A stretch of DNA of 64,000 bases from Amphiscolops sp. MND2022 (GCA_964187785.1 OZ076409.1:56856001-56920000), one strand, 5' to 3'. Counted from the first letter of the stretch, positions 24,355 through 38,968 are shown. A program made the numbers and translations. Notes: a model not told the origin generated them from the letters alone.

Positions 24355-26480
24355 TGTACACTTTCGATATAATTACGTACTTGATACGTTTTTCAAAAAA
24401 AAAATAAAATTTGACAACCGAGGGAAAAAATTACAACAGTTTATTTTGTCATTACGATAATTCAACATTTTTGAAACACCAAAATGCCGAATTCATCCTC
24501 TTGTTAAATAATGATTTGGTTCAACTTTCTTTTGGTTCCCAACCAAAGTTTCTCTGAAAGAACATTCTGCTCTGAGTCAGTTGAGTGGAGCCAATTTTCG
24601 CGTATTGCTTTTTTGTTGAGAATTGGTGGTCCAAAATGGCGCAAAATGCAAAACTTAATTATTCAACACGCATTTTTCAAAAACATTCAATTCAACATTT
24701 ACGGCAGTGGTCCCGATATAAAGAATAACAAGCTTAAGATTGAAATGAGTGCAGCCGACTCCCGAGATCTTGCTTTGATTTTGAGATCTTTTCAAATAGA
24801 CCTAAATTGAATGATTTTGATAGGTGGATTTATTCACGTGGACCCATTTAATGCATTTGTACATAATTTTTATGTTCATATAACAGTAGTTTTTGTCTGA
24901 GATTTACAATCATATTTATCGGCAATGGTCTCACACGAAAGTGAATCACCGTTGAAACGACTAGAGGAAAGCCAATCTGTGACATTTTGATTTGTTTTGA
25001 ATCTAACTAAGAAAATCAGTTGTATTCTAAGAAAGTCGAAAATCGTTTTTCTCCAAATTGAAAAATTGGTTTCAGTCTGTCAAACCGTGGGATGTGATTT
25101 TCCTCGTACTCCGATCGCTTCTGCTACCTGAGTTCTCGGGAGCCTTCATTATTTCGAATGAAGTTTTAAACTAATTCAGATTTTGGATTCCTGAGAAGCT
25201 TTTGACAAAGTTTTGGGAAAGAAGTTTTCGATAAACAACCTTTTGGACAACACTCAAACCCTATGCCTGGTTTGAACTGTCTAGAAAAACGTTCCCCTCT
25301 GTCGATTGCAAAAGCATTTCGCCTCTGGTTTTCAAATAGCTAACGCAAACATTTCTAAGACCAAAAATTGCCAAGAACAAACATTTCTAGAAAAATGATT
25401 TAAAAACTATGTTGCTCGACCCACTCTTTCTGGAAGGTCATCATTCCGAAAGACCTGTTTTTTCTAACATTCCTGGTCGGTCATGGTAAATACTTCGCAT
25501 CAAAATTTTGTATGACCTATTGGACGCCAATATGCAAATGAAGAGCAGTAAAACTAGAAACTTCTGTCTTTATTGATAAGTTTTATATTGACGCAGCGAA
25601 GTTTTTATGAAACAAATGGTATAAAATGGGAAGATAAAACTACATGGCAATTTTCTGGGGCGTGTCGCCTGCAAAAAACTTATCAGGCCCATTTTTTATA
25701 CCAGTTGTCTCCTCTGAAGTTGATACGCTTCGTATAATTCAGTCTCATTAGAATTTTGTAGACCTCTTTTGAGACAAAAAAGACTCGAAAATGAGTTATG
25801 GTGTAATAGAGTACGTCTCGAGAATTCGAAATTAGTCTAATTCTAATGATAAAAGCATTGAACAAACCTTCCACAAATGCAACAGTGACCGACACAAACT
25901 TTTTTCCATCCGGTGCAAAGTAAACGAGGCTTATGGAAAATGAAAAACTTGAAATGAAAATTTAGTCTAGTTCCAAACGTTTGATGGAAAAAGTAAACTT
26001 CAAGAAAATAATTTTGCCAAAGTTGTCTGGTGATGGAATTTCGAAATTCCATTGCCAGACATCTTTGAAAAGAGTCTGATATGGTAGCATATCATTCAAT
26101 TTTCAATTGCTTCAAACTGGAGCAAAAACTGGAGTTACTTTAATTTACATACATAATCTACTGTGTTGCTTCTGAGACGGTTAAAAGCGCCAGAGTCATA
26201 TGCGCGCCAATCAAAGGCAACTGGGGATTTGGTGATTCTTTGCTACCTACCCCAGCTTGAATTTCCTCACTTTGTTAATTAGTGATGAGTTTTTCATTTT
26301 AAATCAATACATCATAAATTGTTTCACTGAAAAATTCGAATATTTTGTTCAGAAATACCACAACTAGCTGGATAGGTGGTTTTAAATTTGAAAATACCAA
26401 ACTTGGCACCACCAGTGAGTGTTCATCAGATAGCTTTAATCAGGTTTGAATAGAATTGAGAAAAGTTAGCTCGAACTTAA

Positions 26481-27446
26481 TGTAACGTCATCCTCTAGTA
26501 CACCAGAATCAATCGATATTGAAATTTGAAAATGTTCAAAAATTTGATGAAAAATTCCAATTCGATGTGTGACGTGGCTCTAAGCATGTGATTGCTCTTT
26601 TAGCTGTTTCCACCGGGAGGGAAGAATAAAATCTAAAATAAGAAGATCTAAAATTGTGACATGCTCAACCTCGAAAAGGGGAATAACATCTAAACTTTTG
26701 CCAGTGGATCTTATTCCCGTCCTGAAATTTTAGATCTTATTCCCTTTAGATCGTGTTTCCTTTTTTGACTTTAGATCCTATTCTTTAGATCTTTTCCCCC
26801 CTTTAGTTGCCGCCATTTTCAATGCAAAACGAGGACGAGAGCAGACCGATCGAGGACAGAGAGAACGAGATAGCCTGAGAGCCCATAGAGACTGTGAAAA
26901 CCTCGAGAAAGACTCTTTTTTAGTGCAAACACTCGGTTTTTATTGATTTTCAGGAATATGCTACCCTACGTAGCGAGAAGCGGAGAAATGAATATTTTTG
27001 TTTACACATCCTTGTATGGTCCTTGGAGCCCCTGCGCCCCAGCTTGCAGCTGCGTGGTCTGCCATATTATTGCGTGCTTTGATGTATTTTAACTGTTATT
27101 AGCTGTATTTACTAGCCGGAAAACTAGTGTTTGCCGTGTTACACGTTATTCCCATGTCACCCTGACAAAGGAATTTTACACTGTTCATTTTTGGAACATT
27201 TTTAAGAACGATTCTTACGCGATGGTCCTGAGAAGAAAGCTAGATGCCCGTATTTTGTAGCAGTAAAAGACCGCACTAAGGTTGGAGAGCTTTTTCAGAA
27301 GACGGTTCCCCCTTCTCGGGACCGGCATCTTTGGGAGGGAAAATGGATAGATGCGTCGAAGCTGTCAGACCCGGACATCATACGTTTCCGTACTTATTCC
27401 GCCATCTTTTAATGTGATAAGCGACCTATCACTGCTTGCCGTTACA
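26481..27446 (+). mobile_element. Diverged solo LTR of the element B family, interrupted by a foldback-like insert at about 26614-26806
   Basis: TGTAACG...CGTTACA termini; collinear with LTR B (gatgtgtgacgtggc, ttggagcccctgcgccccagctt, aagacggttcccc); flanked by TAA on both sides. Confidence 0.85.
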
Positions 27447-27456
27447 TAATTTTACA

Positions 27457-27580
27457 TTGGGGCGCTTTTGACAGGGCGCTTATGACTATAATATAGGCGC
27501 TTCTAACTGTGGCGCTTATGACTATAAAAAATGAGCACTTTTGACCGGGGCGCCTTTGTCTAGGGCGGTTTTGTCTGTAC
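27457..27580. repeat. Degenerate minisatellite (GGCGCTT[T/A]TGAC units)
   Basis: About 6-7 imperfect copies visible directly. Confidence 0.65.
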
Positions 27581-27652
27581 GTCGCCCTGTCTGAGATGCC
27601 TTGTTATCTAGGATCGAAAGAGAGGGAAAATTTCAACAATATTACACCACAC

Positions 27653-27736
27653 CTAAAATACAGTGCCCTGAAATCAAGGGTGAAGCAATGTTCCTCTACA
27701 TGACCAATATCAGGTTTGATCAGGACAAAGACTGAT
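27653..27736 (-). CDS. Candidate host-gene exon 3 (SVFVLIKPDIGHVEEHCFTLDFRALYF)
   Basis: Pyrimidine tract plus AG acceptor; phase matches the 28062-28212 exon; donor GTGTGG is weak and the frame otherwise stops at 27604. Confidence 0.35.
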
Positions 27737-28061
27737 CTATTGGGGTGGAAGAACGGCAAAAGAAGATTTATACAACCAATTTTTGTTTCTAAATTTTGAT
27801 TATTCATATTCTTTGATCCTGTTCAATTCAATCCTAAATGTTTCTACCCTACATAAGTTGGTTGCAATTTTCCCAATTTTCGATTCTAAATTATTCAAAT
27901 CTGAAGAGGCAACTCTTGTTTTTTACTGAATCACTTTTCTAGGAGAACTACATTTATCGACAGTCCAGGCTAATGTTTAGGTAGAGAAACACCACGACAA
28001 TATTCTTTCCGAATTTACAGCCATTTGAATCAGTGATTGCGATATGACCACGAGTACTCAC

Positions 28062-28212
28062 TCGGTCAGGTTAGCGAACTCAGGCCACGAAGGTAGGAAG
28101 AGGTACTCGACAATGGGCTGATTCTGTGTCGTCACAGGGGTGCTACCGTCCAGGTCTTGTTCCAAGTCACATGTCACGTCCAGCACTTCCAGACGACGCC
28201 AGTTGCTCGGAC
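28062..28212 (-). CDS. Candidate host-gene exon 2 (PSNWRRLEVLDVTCDLEQDLDG...PEFANLT)
   Basis: gtttgtttcgcAG acceptor and GTGAGT donor; GC-richer than the flanks; only one frame is open (phase 1 in, phase 2 out). Confidence 0.5.
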
Positions 28213-28810
28213 CTGCGAAACAAACCGCAACATGTGAACGTTTAATTGTTTGCTTTATTCGGTCGGCGCATTTTGTGTTGAAAAAGCGCCTTTTCACCAC
28301 AGAGTCAGTTAGAAAAATAATCTCCTACTTTCTTGTTGAGCTTGTCAAACTCAATACGTGGAAGTCAAAAAGATATGTTAAACGTCCACTAAACACCGAG
28401 GTATTTTCTTTTCTGCTCATATCTACTCAATTTTACGCCATACTTTCATCATATCGTTCCGAACTTTCGAGAACGTTCTGATTCTAGACTTTTTTCATCA
28501 CGAAGTTTTGACATACCGTAACTGTAACAGCTACAAGGCTAGTTTTTTGTCGTTGAATTCTGTGGTCAGAACTCTATAATCGACAGAGCTCTATCATACA
28601 CAGAACTTGAAGTATAATATAATTAAAGTTAGTAGATAAATTTAGTCTTTCCCACTATTTGACATGGGAAATTAATGGACTAGTACACGAAATCTGAATT
28701 GAATTCAACTCATGTCATGCTGGTACGGCCAAGCATCTACAAACATATAAAACCTGAAAAACACCAAAAATAAAAACAAAACATGGCTTTCACCTGAGCT
28801 TGGTATTTTA

Positions 28811-29430
28811 AATAAGACGGGAACGTCTAAAGTCGGCGCTATATCTAAGGCTCAAGAAGCGCAAAGTTTTCTAAATATGCTCAGGAAGTAATCATGAAAA
28901 GCTTTGAAAACACTTTCGGGACACCCAAAGTGTGCCTTTCATGCTCGATATGACTGGAAAATCATTGTTTCCCGACTGGGAACAAAATTTGAAAAATTTT
29001 TTGAAATTTTTTTTTGAAAAAAAACTTCGAAAATGTCGCATAGTGCCGAAAAATGAAAAGGGGGGACCCTTTGGGATTCATTAACATACATTCTGTTGCA
29101 AAATATCAAAAAACTCGAAGGGGGGACTCTTTTGAGACCTTAAAAAATTTTCGAAAAAAAATTTCGCACAGTGCCGAAAAAAAATTGAAAGGGGGACCCT
29201 TTGGTCTCTTCCGGTTTTGTAGGTTACGTTAAAAAGGTAAAAAATGAAAGGGGGGACCCTTTGCACTAAGTTTTCATTGGCCTGACTTGGCGTGAGTAGT
29301 CTTATCAGTTTCTGTAAAAAGTGGTACATACGCGATGAGCTCTGTGGTCTGACGAAAAAAAAAGAAGAAAAAAACTAGCCACTGTAATAGTCGGGCTTTT
29401 TTCCTTAAAGGAAAAGGCGCCGACTAAAAA
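28811..29430 (-). mobile_element. Helentron-associated (HINE/DINE-1-like) non-autonomous element
   Basis: Subterminal inverted repeats AGTCGGCGC/GCGCCGACT, a stem-loop at one end, a small GC hairpin (agacgggaacgtct) at the other, T-rich termini on the minus strand and internal tandem units. Confidence 0.65.
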
Positions 29431-32400
29431 TAGGAATAGTAGATCCTACTATTACCTCAACAGTGGTTTTGTTCGCCTTTACGAACAAACATTGTTCTCA
29501 ATAAACGAAACCTGAATTTCTAAACGAAGTCGAAAGGACTTCAAGAACCCACGAGTTGTCGTCGAGAAAGAACCTCACGCAGCTGTTTTGAGATTCGGTT
29601 ACTCTCATCGCAAACAGTTTTACGCTCGGAACATCTCCGAAGTTTCGAACTAAGTTTCGTACGAGGAAATAAGCGAAAGATATCAGATACTCGTCGTTGC
29701 ATTTATTAAATTTCAAATCAAGTCGTTAAAAGACTGCACTGACTTATTTTGCAGTCATATCGTCGAGAACGAAACAAGCTGTTTTTCGAGTTCATTTAAA
29801 ATTCGTTAAGTTCACTTTTAAACACTAAAACTAAACACAAATTGTAGCTCATAGATTTTTAGTGTTTAACTTGATAAATTTTAAATGCACTCGAAAAACT
29901 GCTACAATTAATAGTCTCGACGAAAAGAATTGATATTTTGATGAGTTTCGACTTGCACTCAAAATCCTCGTTTTGCACACCTCAGATTCTAAGAGCAAAA
30001 AATTATAGCTTGATCAATGAAACACGTCATGGCGCTTCCAATGAATCTTTCTGCAACACCCTCTGTGCTCAATTTTTCTCTTTCTTGAGTTTTTTGAAAA
30101 TTTGAAAAAAAGTGTCGTTGCATGCAAGTCCTGGGTGTGAAGAAATTACTTTCTCTTTATTCCTTGATTACTCTAGAAATGAGCCTTAAGATTTCAATAG
30201 TACTTTCAGCCAGAGTTATTTGAGATCTCGTTGAATCGAGACAAGACAACCGCTAAAAACCGAAATGTTCGCATTAAAATGCTTGCTGTTAATTTTTCGG
30301 AATTTACCACTTTTTGAACTCTAATTGTGCTGTTGCTAGATTTACATTGTGATATAACAATTTCGATTGTTTCAAAAATCAAAATGCTCGACGATATTTT
30401 CGTATGAAAACTACGTTTCGCATTTAGTCATGCATTATCAAGAAAAAATGACTGTGAGTGAGAGGAAGCCTAAAGGTATTGATGTCATCTTCACTTCAAG
30501 TTGATGTAAGCAGAAGCGTAAAATTCAAAACCGGCTGTTTTTCAAGAGACCCATGACATTTCCAGTATATGTTTGGCATGCACGATTACCACAAAACGTT
30601 GTCTATTCTTCGTTTGTGGCATAAAATTAGCATAGGCACAAAATTCCAGCACTGCTTTTGATAATGACTGCCATCCAATTAGATGTCAGTCAGTTGGCCA
30701 ACAACACATGTTGGAAATTGTTCATTTTCCGCCCACATTTCCCCATTGGAGAAGAAAACAACTAAGAGTGCCACGCTTTTTTGTTTTTCCAAAATTTGCC
30801 ATGATCCAATTTTATAATAAAAATGATAGATATTTTTCCATAGGATCCAACTACCAGAAACAATGGACCGCAGCAAATGCATTTGTGGAGATTTTCGAAT
30901 TTTTTTCCAAATTTCGACCTTTTTTACACAATTTCTGTGTAATTTTTGAAGGTTTAAAATGAATCGTGAACGAGTTTTAAAAATCTAGAGTTGAACGAGG
31001 GCATACTGCTATTTTTGTCAAGAAAAAGATAAATTAAACCAAAAAGTGTTTTCAAATTTTCGAATTTAGAGCTTTTATGCAAGTTTGCAGTTTATTGGCT
31101 ACTTTCGAGACCTAAAAATATATCGTCGCTAAAATAATTGAAACAGAAAAATTCCGATTCCTAGCTGGTGTCTGTTTTCGGCAAAATTTCTCAGTTTGAG
31201 CATTTCTCAGTCCACAGAAAAGATGTTCAACTGATAACCCAGTTGAACTAAATTACTGTTAATCCTGTTGAAAATTCACCATCCTAAGAACAACCTATTG
31301 CTCATTTGAACTTTCTTGACATCTGCTTGAAACCGACTAAGATGTCACAGCATATGCGAAGAGTGAGAATTGCGTAACTGATGCTAGATCAAAGATAATT
31401 ACCTTGTTGCTTCTGCTTTCTGCATTTCGATTTTGCGGAATAACTTTTCGTCACATACAATGTTTCTCCAGAAACAGCGATGAACTAAAGTCCGTGTACT
31501 GAATAAACCTCCACTATACGGGCTCTAAATTAGGCTCTGCAGAAAATCACGCGGCCTGAAATTGTGTAATCGCCCGAATTATCTACCATCCAAATTTCAG
31601 CGTGTCACAGGTGGTAAAAGCGTGAAATGACTCAATTTTTATTGTTTACCGCCCGTATTTCATATGGGAAAAATGTTTAATTCAAACGTTTTTTTACAAA
31701 ATTTGCCAAGCACCAAATTTATATTCAACTTTAAGGGTGTTACCCATAGAATTCAACATATAAAGTTCAGCCTCGTGCGATATGTAATTTTAGGTTTTGC
31801 AATTTTTGGGACTGACAAAATCGACCCCATAATGACCCAAAATGACCCCGAAATGAACAAAAATTCCTTTTATTTTTAATCTTTTTATGGATTTTTTGTC
31901 ACATTTTCAAAAATCATTATGAATAAAAATGTTGAAAACGCTCAACATGGCAGGAATTCTTTGTCCGTAGGTTTTTCCTAAGAAATAAATGCTGTTTTCT
32001 ATTTGAAGAAATCTCAAATTGACACCGAAAATGACGACAAAACCAAAAGTTTTCCAATTTTTTAAGTTTGTAAGCAATTTTTGTCAAATTTTCGACACAT
32101 TTCGTACATTGAAATGTTAGAAAGGGTCAACAAGGACTGAATATGTTGTCCAGTGTACTTAGTGAAGAGATAAAAGCAGTTTTTTTTAAAAAATGTCTGG
32201 AATTGACATCGAAAAAGACAAAATTCAAAAAGTTTCCAATTTTCAGCAATGTTTTTCACTTTTTTTAAAATCATAGATTGACTTCTTCGTGGACTACAAT
32301 AATAAAACCCCTAAAAATGGAAAAATACTTGTTTTCCAGTGAACCTTTGTCGAGCAATGAACACAATTTGTTATAGAAAAATGCCTGGATTGACCAAGAA

Positions 32401-35400
32401 AATGTCGAAAAATTTGAAGTTTCTGTCAGTTTCGTAATATCTCTACAATTTTCGAGGGCTTTCGTTAAAAGATTCAACACAATCAAAAACGAAAGAACGA
32501 GTTATGCAGTACATGTTTTTAGGAGAACGTTGCTGTATTTTCTTCACAAACACGTCAGAATAAATCCAAATGAGTCAGAAAAACGAAAAACTTCAATATC
32601 TTTGTTTTTTTTTGCAACTTATAAGTACTTTTCGAATCGTTTTGGAGTCAGAATGATGACCTTCAGAAGGTCCAACAAAGATTGAAATCATAATCCTTTC
32701 GGCTTTCGATGAAAAAGTTGCAGCCATTGATTGGAAAATGGCTCAAAATGGGCCGCAAAAGTTGAAAAAGTCAAGTTTTGCCAACTGCTGATATTTTTGT
32801 TAAACTTCATTTTAGATTATAAGTTTTTGGAAAAATAATAGCTTCGAAACGCTCGTTTTGACAAAACTAGGTCCTCGAAACGTTTTGTAATGAGAATTTT
32901 TCGGAATATATTTCGGAAAAAATTTTCCCTCAGAATGACCTAGATAATGCAACAACTAGAACGAGAATGTTCATTTTAAATAATCTTTTTTGCCGTTTTT
33001 GTACAACTTTTGATCTACTTTTTTGCATAAAATGATTTCAAAACTCAGGACTGACTTTTGTGGCATCCAGTAGGCGTTTTTGAAAATATAACTGCTTTGT
33101 TTTTTGGTTTTGGCCTCAAAAACACCCAAAAAAATAAAAGCACGTTTTTTGACAAATTAAAACCCAATTTTTGTCCGAACTACGAACGTTTTAATGAAGT
33201 ATACTTTCCTTTGACTTGAACGTTGAAGCAACAGGATATTCAAAGCGCAGTTTAGGAAAGAATGGGATTAAGTTACTGACAATAACGGTGTAGAAGTTTC
33301 CGAGTTTTCTCTTTTGTCGACAACATAGACCCAATTAAGGACCATATCGAAATGTTTACTTCAATATGCTTACACCCATGCTTACACCCATAGCCTCAGG
33401 ATTGAAACGAAACGTTTAGCTACCGGTAGCTTTCGATAAGATATTTTATTTGCCAGCAAAAAATTTACTTGAAAAGGTATATTTCTTTTTATTCCTTCTC
33501 TGTCAAATATTTAATCTGCAATAAGCTCCAAGCTAAACCGCTAAATGTGAAGTACATCTTCAAAAGGAAAATGGTTTCGCAGTTTCCCACCTAGGAAGAA
33601 AACCTTAGAATGATTCAAAAATCATTTTTTTTGACGTTTTCTAACAGTTGTTCTGGAAATTGTCTAAGATACTTCGTGGGTTAGTTTGGTTTAAACATTC
33701 AACAACATTTAATCTCGGTGTCGAGTAGGCTTATTTTGGAAGAGACATCTGTAGTTTCATGTTGAAAAAATTTCTCAAATTTACGCCAAGGTTGTCGAAA
33801 ATATCAAAGTTTTCCATTTTTTGGCACTTCTGGTGAAACTATGTGCAGTAATATTTTGAGCCGGAACCGGCCAAAGTTGGCGCCCCAACTTGCGAAAGAC
33901 CCTAGTTTCAAACTGTTACTGTTTTCTCAGTACTAAAAGTTATCCCAACAATTACGCTTGATTCTCGGAAACCACTTTTTCTACGACAGGAATTACAAAA
34001 AGTTCAGTTTTTTAAAAAATATATTCAGAAAACTTCCATGATGGCGAGGGGCTTTTCTCAAGCTGAAATCAGCTATGGAAGCGAGGGGGATCCTTCGATC
34101 AAATGAAAGTTTCGGAAAGACGCACAGATCCGGAAAAAACTGAAAAAAATGTGTTCCACAATCATAAAGGAATTTCATCAGTTCCACAGGATCAAAAGTA
34201 ACAAAGAAGTCACCCTGAAGACTCGGGAAACTTACTTCCTTTACAGAATACCTCAAAACCTAAAACTTGCGAAAGATTGTTTACGATTACATGAAATGAT
34301 GTGAAATTGTGGAAAAATACAAAAACTATCACTATGTTGGCTAAAAAAGTTTGTTTTGTTGTTTAATGATTAAATAAATAAATCTTTTGCAGTCAACGGT
34401 TGGCAGTTTCAAACCAAAACCAAAGAAAAATGCGTGAAATTGGATCATAATTAGCGTGACACAGAAGGTTCACTGGTTCACAAGCGTGATTTTCTGTAGA
34501 GTCTGAGTAGACCTTAATTGTAAACTATTCGCCCCAGACGTTGACTTGTAAACTCCCCCACCGAAAAACAGCTAATACTGAGATGTGTTCATTCAGATTT
34601 CATCAGAAACAACAATTTCTATGGAAGATGAAACATGGAAGATGTTCTGCAGATGAACATGAAAAAAGTTTTCTAGTGAATTGTCCAGAGCGACATTTCT
34701 CAAGCCTATCGCCATTTAGACAAACATCCATCCCTTCTTCTCTTCGTGGTGGTATATACACTAACCAATCAATTGTTTATTCAGGTGATTCTAATCAAAA
34801 CATGGTAATTTGGAACAGATCCTTCAAAATTCGTGTAATTGATAACTGTCTTTACGACAATTAAGTAGATAAACAACCTAGATTTGTTGTAAGCTTCAAA
34901 GTTTGTATCTCTATTCTTCACGCTATTTTCAGAGAGTTTTCCAGTTCTGTTTTTCAATGAATTGTACCAGCATTTGTTCAGCACACGCGGTTTAGAAATA
35001 CAAATTTTGATTCGGGCAATTGAGTACTTAGCCAAGCAATTTTCAAGCTCTGATAACCCTATCAACATAGCAACTTCAAAGAATTCATCGTTTAGTTTCG
35101 AAAAAGTTAGATATTTTAGTATTTTCACAGTTTAGAAACAACTAGGCTACCAAAATTTGTATGAGTTCCAAATTATTGTCTTCATTACGAGGAAAATAAA
35201 CAGCTCAATGTGATAGTTTCGCTTCAAAACATTGTATCCTAAAATTTTCAGATCACATTAATACTAAAGGTATTATCGCTGGAGCGCGGCAATAAAATGT
35301 CTGAAATGGGAATTTCTAAGCTGTAAAAGACGGAAAATCTCGAATGTTGCAAGAGTGAGAAAAGGCAGAAACCCCTTTCAACTCAATTGCTTGCACGGAT

Positions 35401-36309
35401 ATAGCTTTAAGGTTGCATTTCGAATGCAACTATTTGTCAAGAACGCGTGTTGACCCTCAAACCAAGTCGTAGTAAGATCTTAGTACTGTCGTGTCACGAT
35501 TCGTGATTTTGTAGTACGATCTTACCATGAAACGTATGGTCGTATTCGTATACAATGCCCATAGCCCTCTTTGCTTTAGCTTGTTAGTTCTAAAAAAACA
35601 TCTGTAGAATTGATACATGGGAACCTGGCGCAATGTGAAAACAAGAGGCATGGCGACACTGTGATATATTACGTATACAGTGACAAGTCGCTTCTAAGAA
35701 AAAACCCGACCCTTATAAAGCTCAATTGTTGGACAAAGAAAAACCAGCCAAATAATTTTAACTTTGCATGCAATCAGGCACTCCTGTATGAATGTATGAA
35801 CTGTTCCGAACTGGCAATTTACAAAATAGCGTTTCCACCGGCAATCTCCTTGGCCATGCATAAATCGAAGAAAAATCATTAAACCGGATATACTTCCAAT
35901 TTTTAGCCGGCGTTTTTGGAATCGAAGAAAAGAACAGCCTATAGCAGTGGCTTTTCTAAAAACCGTCAGTGGCCGACTGACTAATTTTTTAAAGCAATTG
36001 TTAAAGCACTTCAATTAGTTAGTATACAAGTTAGTTAGTCCCACTTGCACTTGGCCTAGTGGTTAATGTGCATTTCCTTCTTGTTGGCCAGTTCTGAGAG
36101 GGAGGAACCGTGGGTACGAGCCTCGCACGAAACCATTTTTTTAATGCTAGCAAAAGTAGAGGGAAGACCAAAAGGTTTTTTTTCGACAGTTTTTTTTTCG
36201 AAGACCAAAAGGTTTTTTTTCGACAGATGTAATTTTTCATCTTACGTTTTAAAACTCAAATCCCCTTCAAAAGTTTTTAGCCGAAACTAAGCTAAATCTG
36301 GCTTCTGAA

Positions 36310-37560
36310 TCACCATATTTTGAAAAAAGGAAATTCCCCAATAAGTACAGAGCGATTCAGATTACATGTGCACTATCGATGATCTTTGAAACATTTTGAA
36401 GGAACAAATACATCGTTTCTTAAAAAATACAACCTTTTAAGTCATTCACAGTTTGGTTTCCGAGAAAGGTTTTCAACAACTGATGCTCTATTATCTGCTA
36501 CTGAAAACATACGAAGTGACATCGACTCAAATTTGTCTCTGCTGCTTTCATTGATCTCTCCGAAGCATTTGACTCCATGTCTCATGAAAAATTTATAGAT
36601 AAATTAAAATGTATGAATTTCGGCGATAAAGCCATCTCAATGATAAAGACATATCTTCAAAATTGGATAGAGAAGGTTATCCTTCCATCATCTTCTTCCG
36701 AGTGGATAAAACTGTACTAAGGTGTACCACAAGGAACTCTAATGGGCACCCTTCTATTTAACATTTTTGTTAATTTTATGAGATCCTCTGTGCAGAGAGC
36801 AATGCAGTTGGTACAGTATGCTGACGAAACCTTTCTCTATTCAGCAAGTGGAAAGCTGGAGCATTCCATGAAAGACCTTGAAACCAAAGTAAAAACGTGA
36901 AACTTTTCTTTGAAAGACACCGCTTCAATATAAACACTGGCAAAACAGAAATGAGAGTTTATGAAGTGACAAAGAGTTTACGATCTTTTGTGAAAAGTTG
37001 CAGAATCATATAGCTATTAATCGGCAATTGAAGGTTAAAAATGAATTCATTGAACAATCCAAATCTGCAAAATATTTAGGCGTTTATCTAGACCAATACC
37101 AAATGGAGGTGGAAAACATCCTCCGTAAAATGGCTAAAGGTATAAAAGTTTTATTTTCTATCCGCAACATTCTACCTGAAAAAACACGTGTTCCACTGCT
37201 GAATTCACTAGTTCTAAGTCATCTTCATTACATTTCTGTTTTGATAAATGAAATTTCGCAGATCCTCCGGATTACTTTATAGAAGCAATTAAGATGGGCA
37301 GTTAAAGCTTGCCTTCACAAGAAGAAATACGACTCACTGAGATATCTCAAGTCACAGTACAAATTTTTACCTGTGGGCGTTTTTGGACTTGAAAGCTGTT
37401 CTTTATTTCTGGAAATATCAAAATAATTCTTTACCGGTCTAGCAACATCAGGTAATGACAACAGCAAAACTAAATGCAGTCAAAAGGTCAAATTGCTTGG
37501 TGTATGACTCAATGAAAAAGTTGCTCCCCTGTGGAATAACCTTCCTTCTGAAATAAAAAC
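36310..37560 (+). pseudogene. Degraded, 5'-truncated non-LTR (LINE) reverse transcriptase
   Basis: Motifs SQFGFR...STTDAL, FIDLSEAFDS, GVPQG, QYADET and KYLGVYLD in order, with stops and frameshifts. Confidence 0.85.
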
Positions 37561-37829
37561 AAAAAATGGACATATGATACTATCAAAATTATATTCAAAG
37601 ACTTTTTCCAAGACTAATTTAAAGATCAAACTGACACACCAGAATTTGACAAGAAATGTTGGACGGACTACCGGTTTCTTTAATTTCTCTAATTTCATCT
37701 TTATTTAGAATTTATAAATTCTGTGTGAGTTATCAGGTATTCTTTCAAGTTTGAACTTGTACACTGTTTTTTTAAGGAAAGCATTGATTTTTTCTTATAT
37801 TAGGGAAATTCAGAGTTTTTATAAAGGGT

Positions 37830-38312
37830 TTAGCGAGCCTAGAGGGCCACTTTGGGATTTTTCGCGCACAATGCGCCTAAACGAAGAAGTAAAAAACTGT
37901 TGTCCGAGACCTGAAGGTGACCTCTTTGATTAATTTTTGGTCTGTGGAATTGGTGAGGAGTTTTTAAATAATTGAGGAAACGACATATCGTTTTTTCGGC
38001 TCTGTGCGACCTTTCTTTGGAGAATTTGGGCAAAGGATACATTCATAAATGTGTTCGGCCTGAAAAGAGCGTTTGGCGAGCTTGAAGCACCTTTTTCGGC
38101 ACTATGAGGCTCTTCCAGAAATTTTTTTTTAAAAATACACCTTTGAATCTTTCAGTGTTTTGATGCTTCCAGTTAGGGAAAAAGCAGTTTTGGAATCTTA
38201 CGGTGTCTCTTCGGGTCACAGTAAATATCTCGAAACACTCAGAATAGTGTCTCTTTGCATTTAAAAAAAATTGTGAACCTTGAGATGGGCGTTGACTTGG
38301 GCCGTTGGTATT
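37830..38312 (+). repeat. Diverged partial HINE-like copy
   Basis: ttttcggcactatgag units; the end gatgggcgttgacttgggccgtt resembles the family 3' end. Confidence 0.45.
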
Positions 38313-38968
38313 ATTATATTCTTTTATCCGGAATATGGTTTTATTATAGATCAACTTGAAACTTCAACACTGACTATGTCTCGTGAATGACTTTTTTTAA
38401 TAGATGCGAATACCTGCCTACCTCCAGGAGAGATCTAAGAGATTTCCTAAAGAAATAACGTCAATAGTTTAGGTATGGCGTTTTAACAGAATACGGTATT
38501 TTATTAGTGTAATTTTCAAAAAGATAGAAGTTCGTTAGATACACTTCTTAGATACAAACAAGACGCCCGCTAAGCACCGGGAGTTTTTCCGCCTTCTTCA
38601 CCTTCACCAACTGAGCCATGGCTATTTTAGGAGTGGGGAATAGTATTTTAAGTATAAGATATAAAATTCAGTGATTTTAGATCTTAATCCCTTCAGATAT
38701 TATTCCCGTCCTGAAAGTTTAGACCTTATTCCCTTTAGATCTTATTACCGTTTTTACTTTAGATATCATTCCGCCCTCTAAGTTGTTTTAGTTACTTGAC
38801 TATTTACCTAACTAGTAACTGAAGTATTCAAGTAGCTATATAAAATAATCAAGAAGTTGAGTCGACTGAGGACCTGGAAGGAGATTTGGCAGAATTTCGA
38901 GAAAAAACGCAACACAGATCATGATTTTCCTCCCCTATTAAATGTGGTCGGAAAACAAAAATCATAAT

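Noticed and set aside
27457..27580. CRISPR-like appearance of short repeats here and at 56065-56158 and 59905-59965
   Set aside because: Degenerate units without unique constant-length spacers, no cas genes, eukaryotic context.
31402..31536. Exon-like segment on the minus strand (ctgcAG ... AAG|GTAATT)
   Set aside because: In-frame stops from the strong acceptor and no phase fit with the neighbouring candidate exons.
34541..35128. ORFs of 107 and 115 aa
   Set aside because: Non-ATG starts, AT-rich, no motifs and no partner exons.
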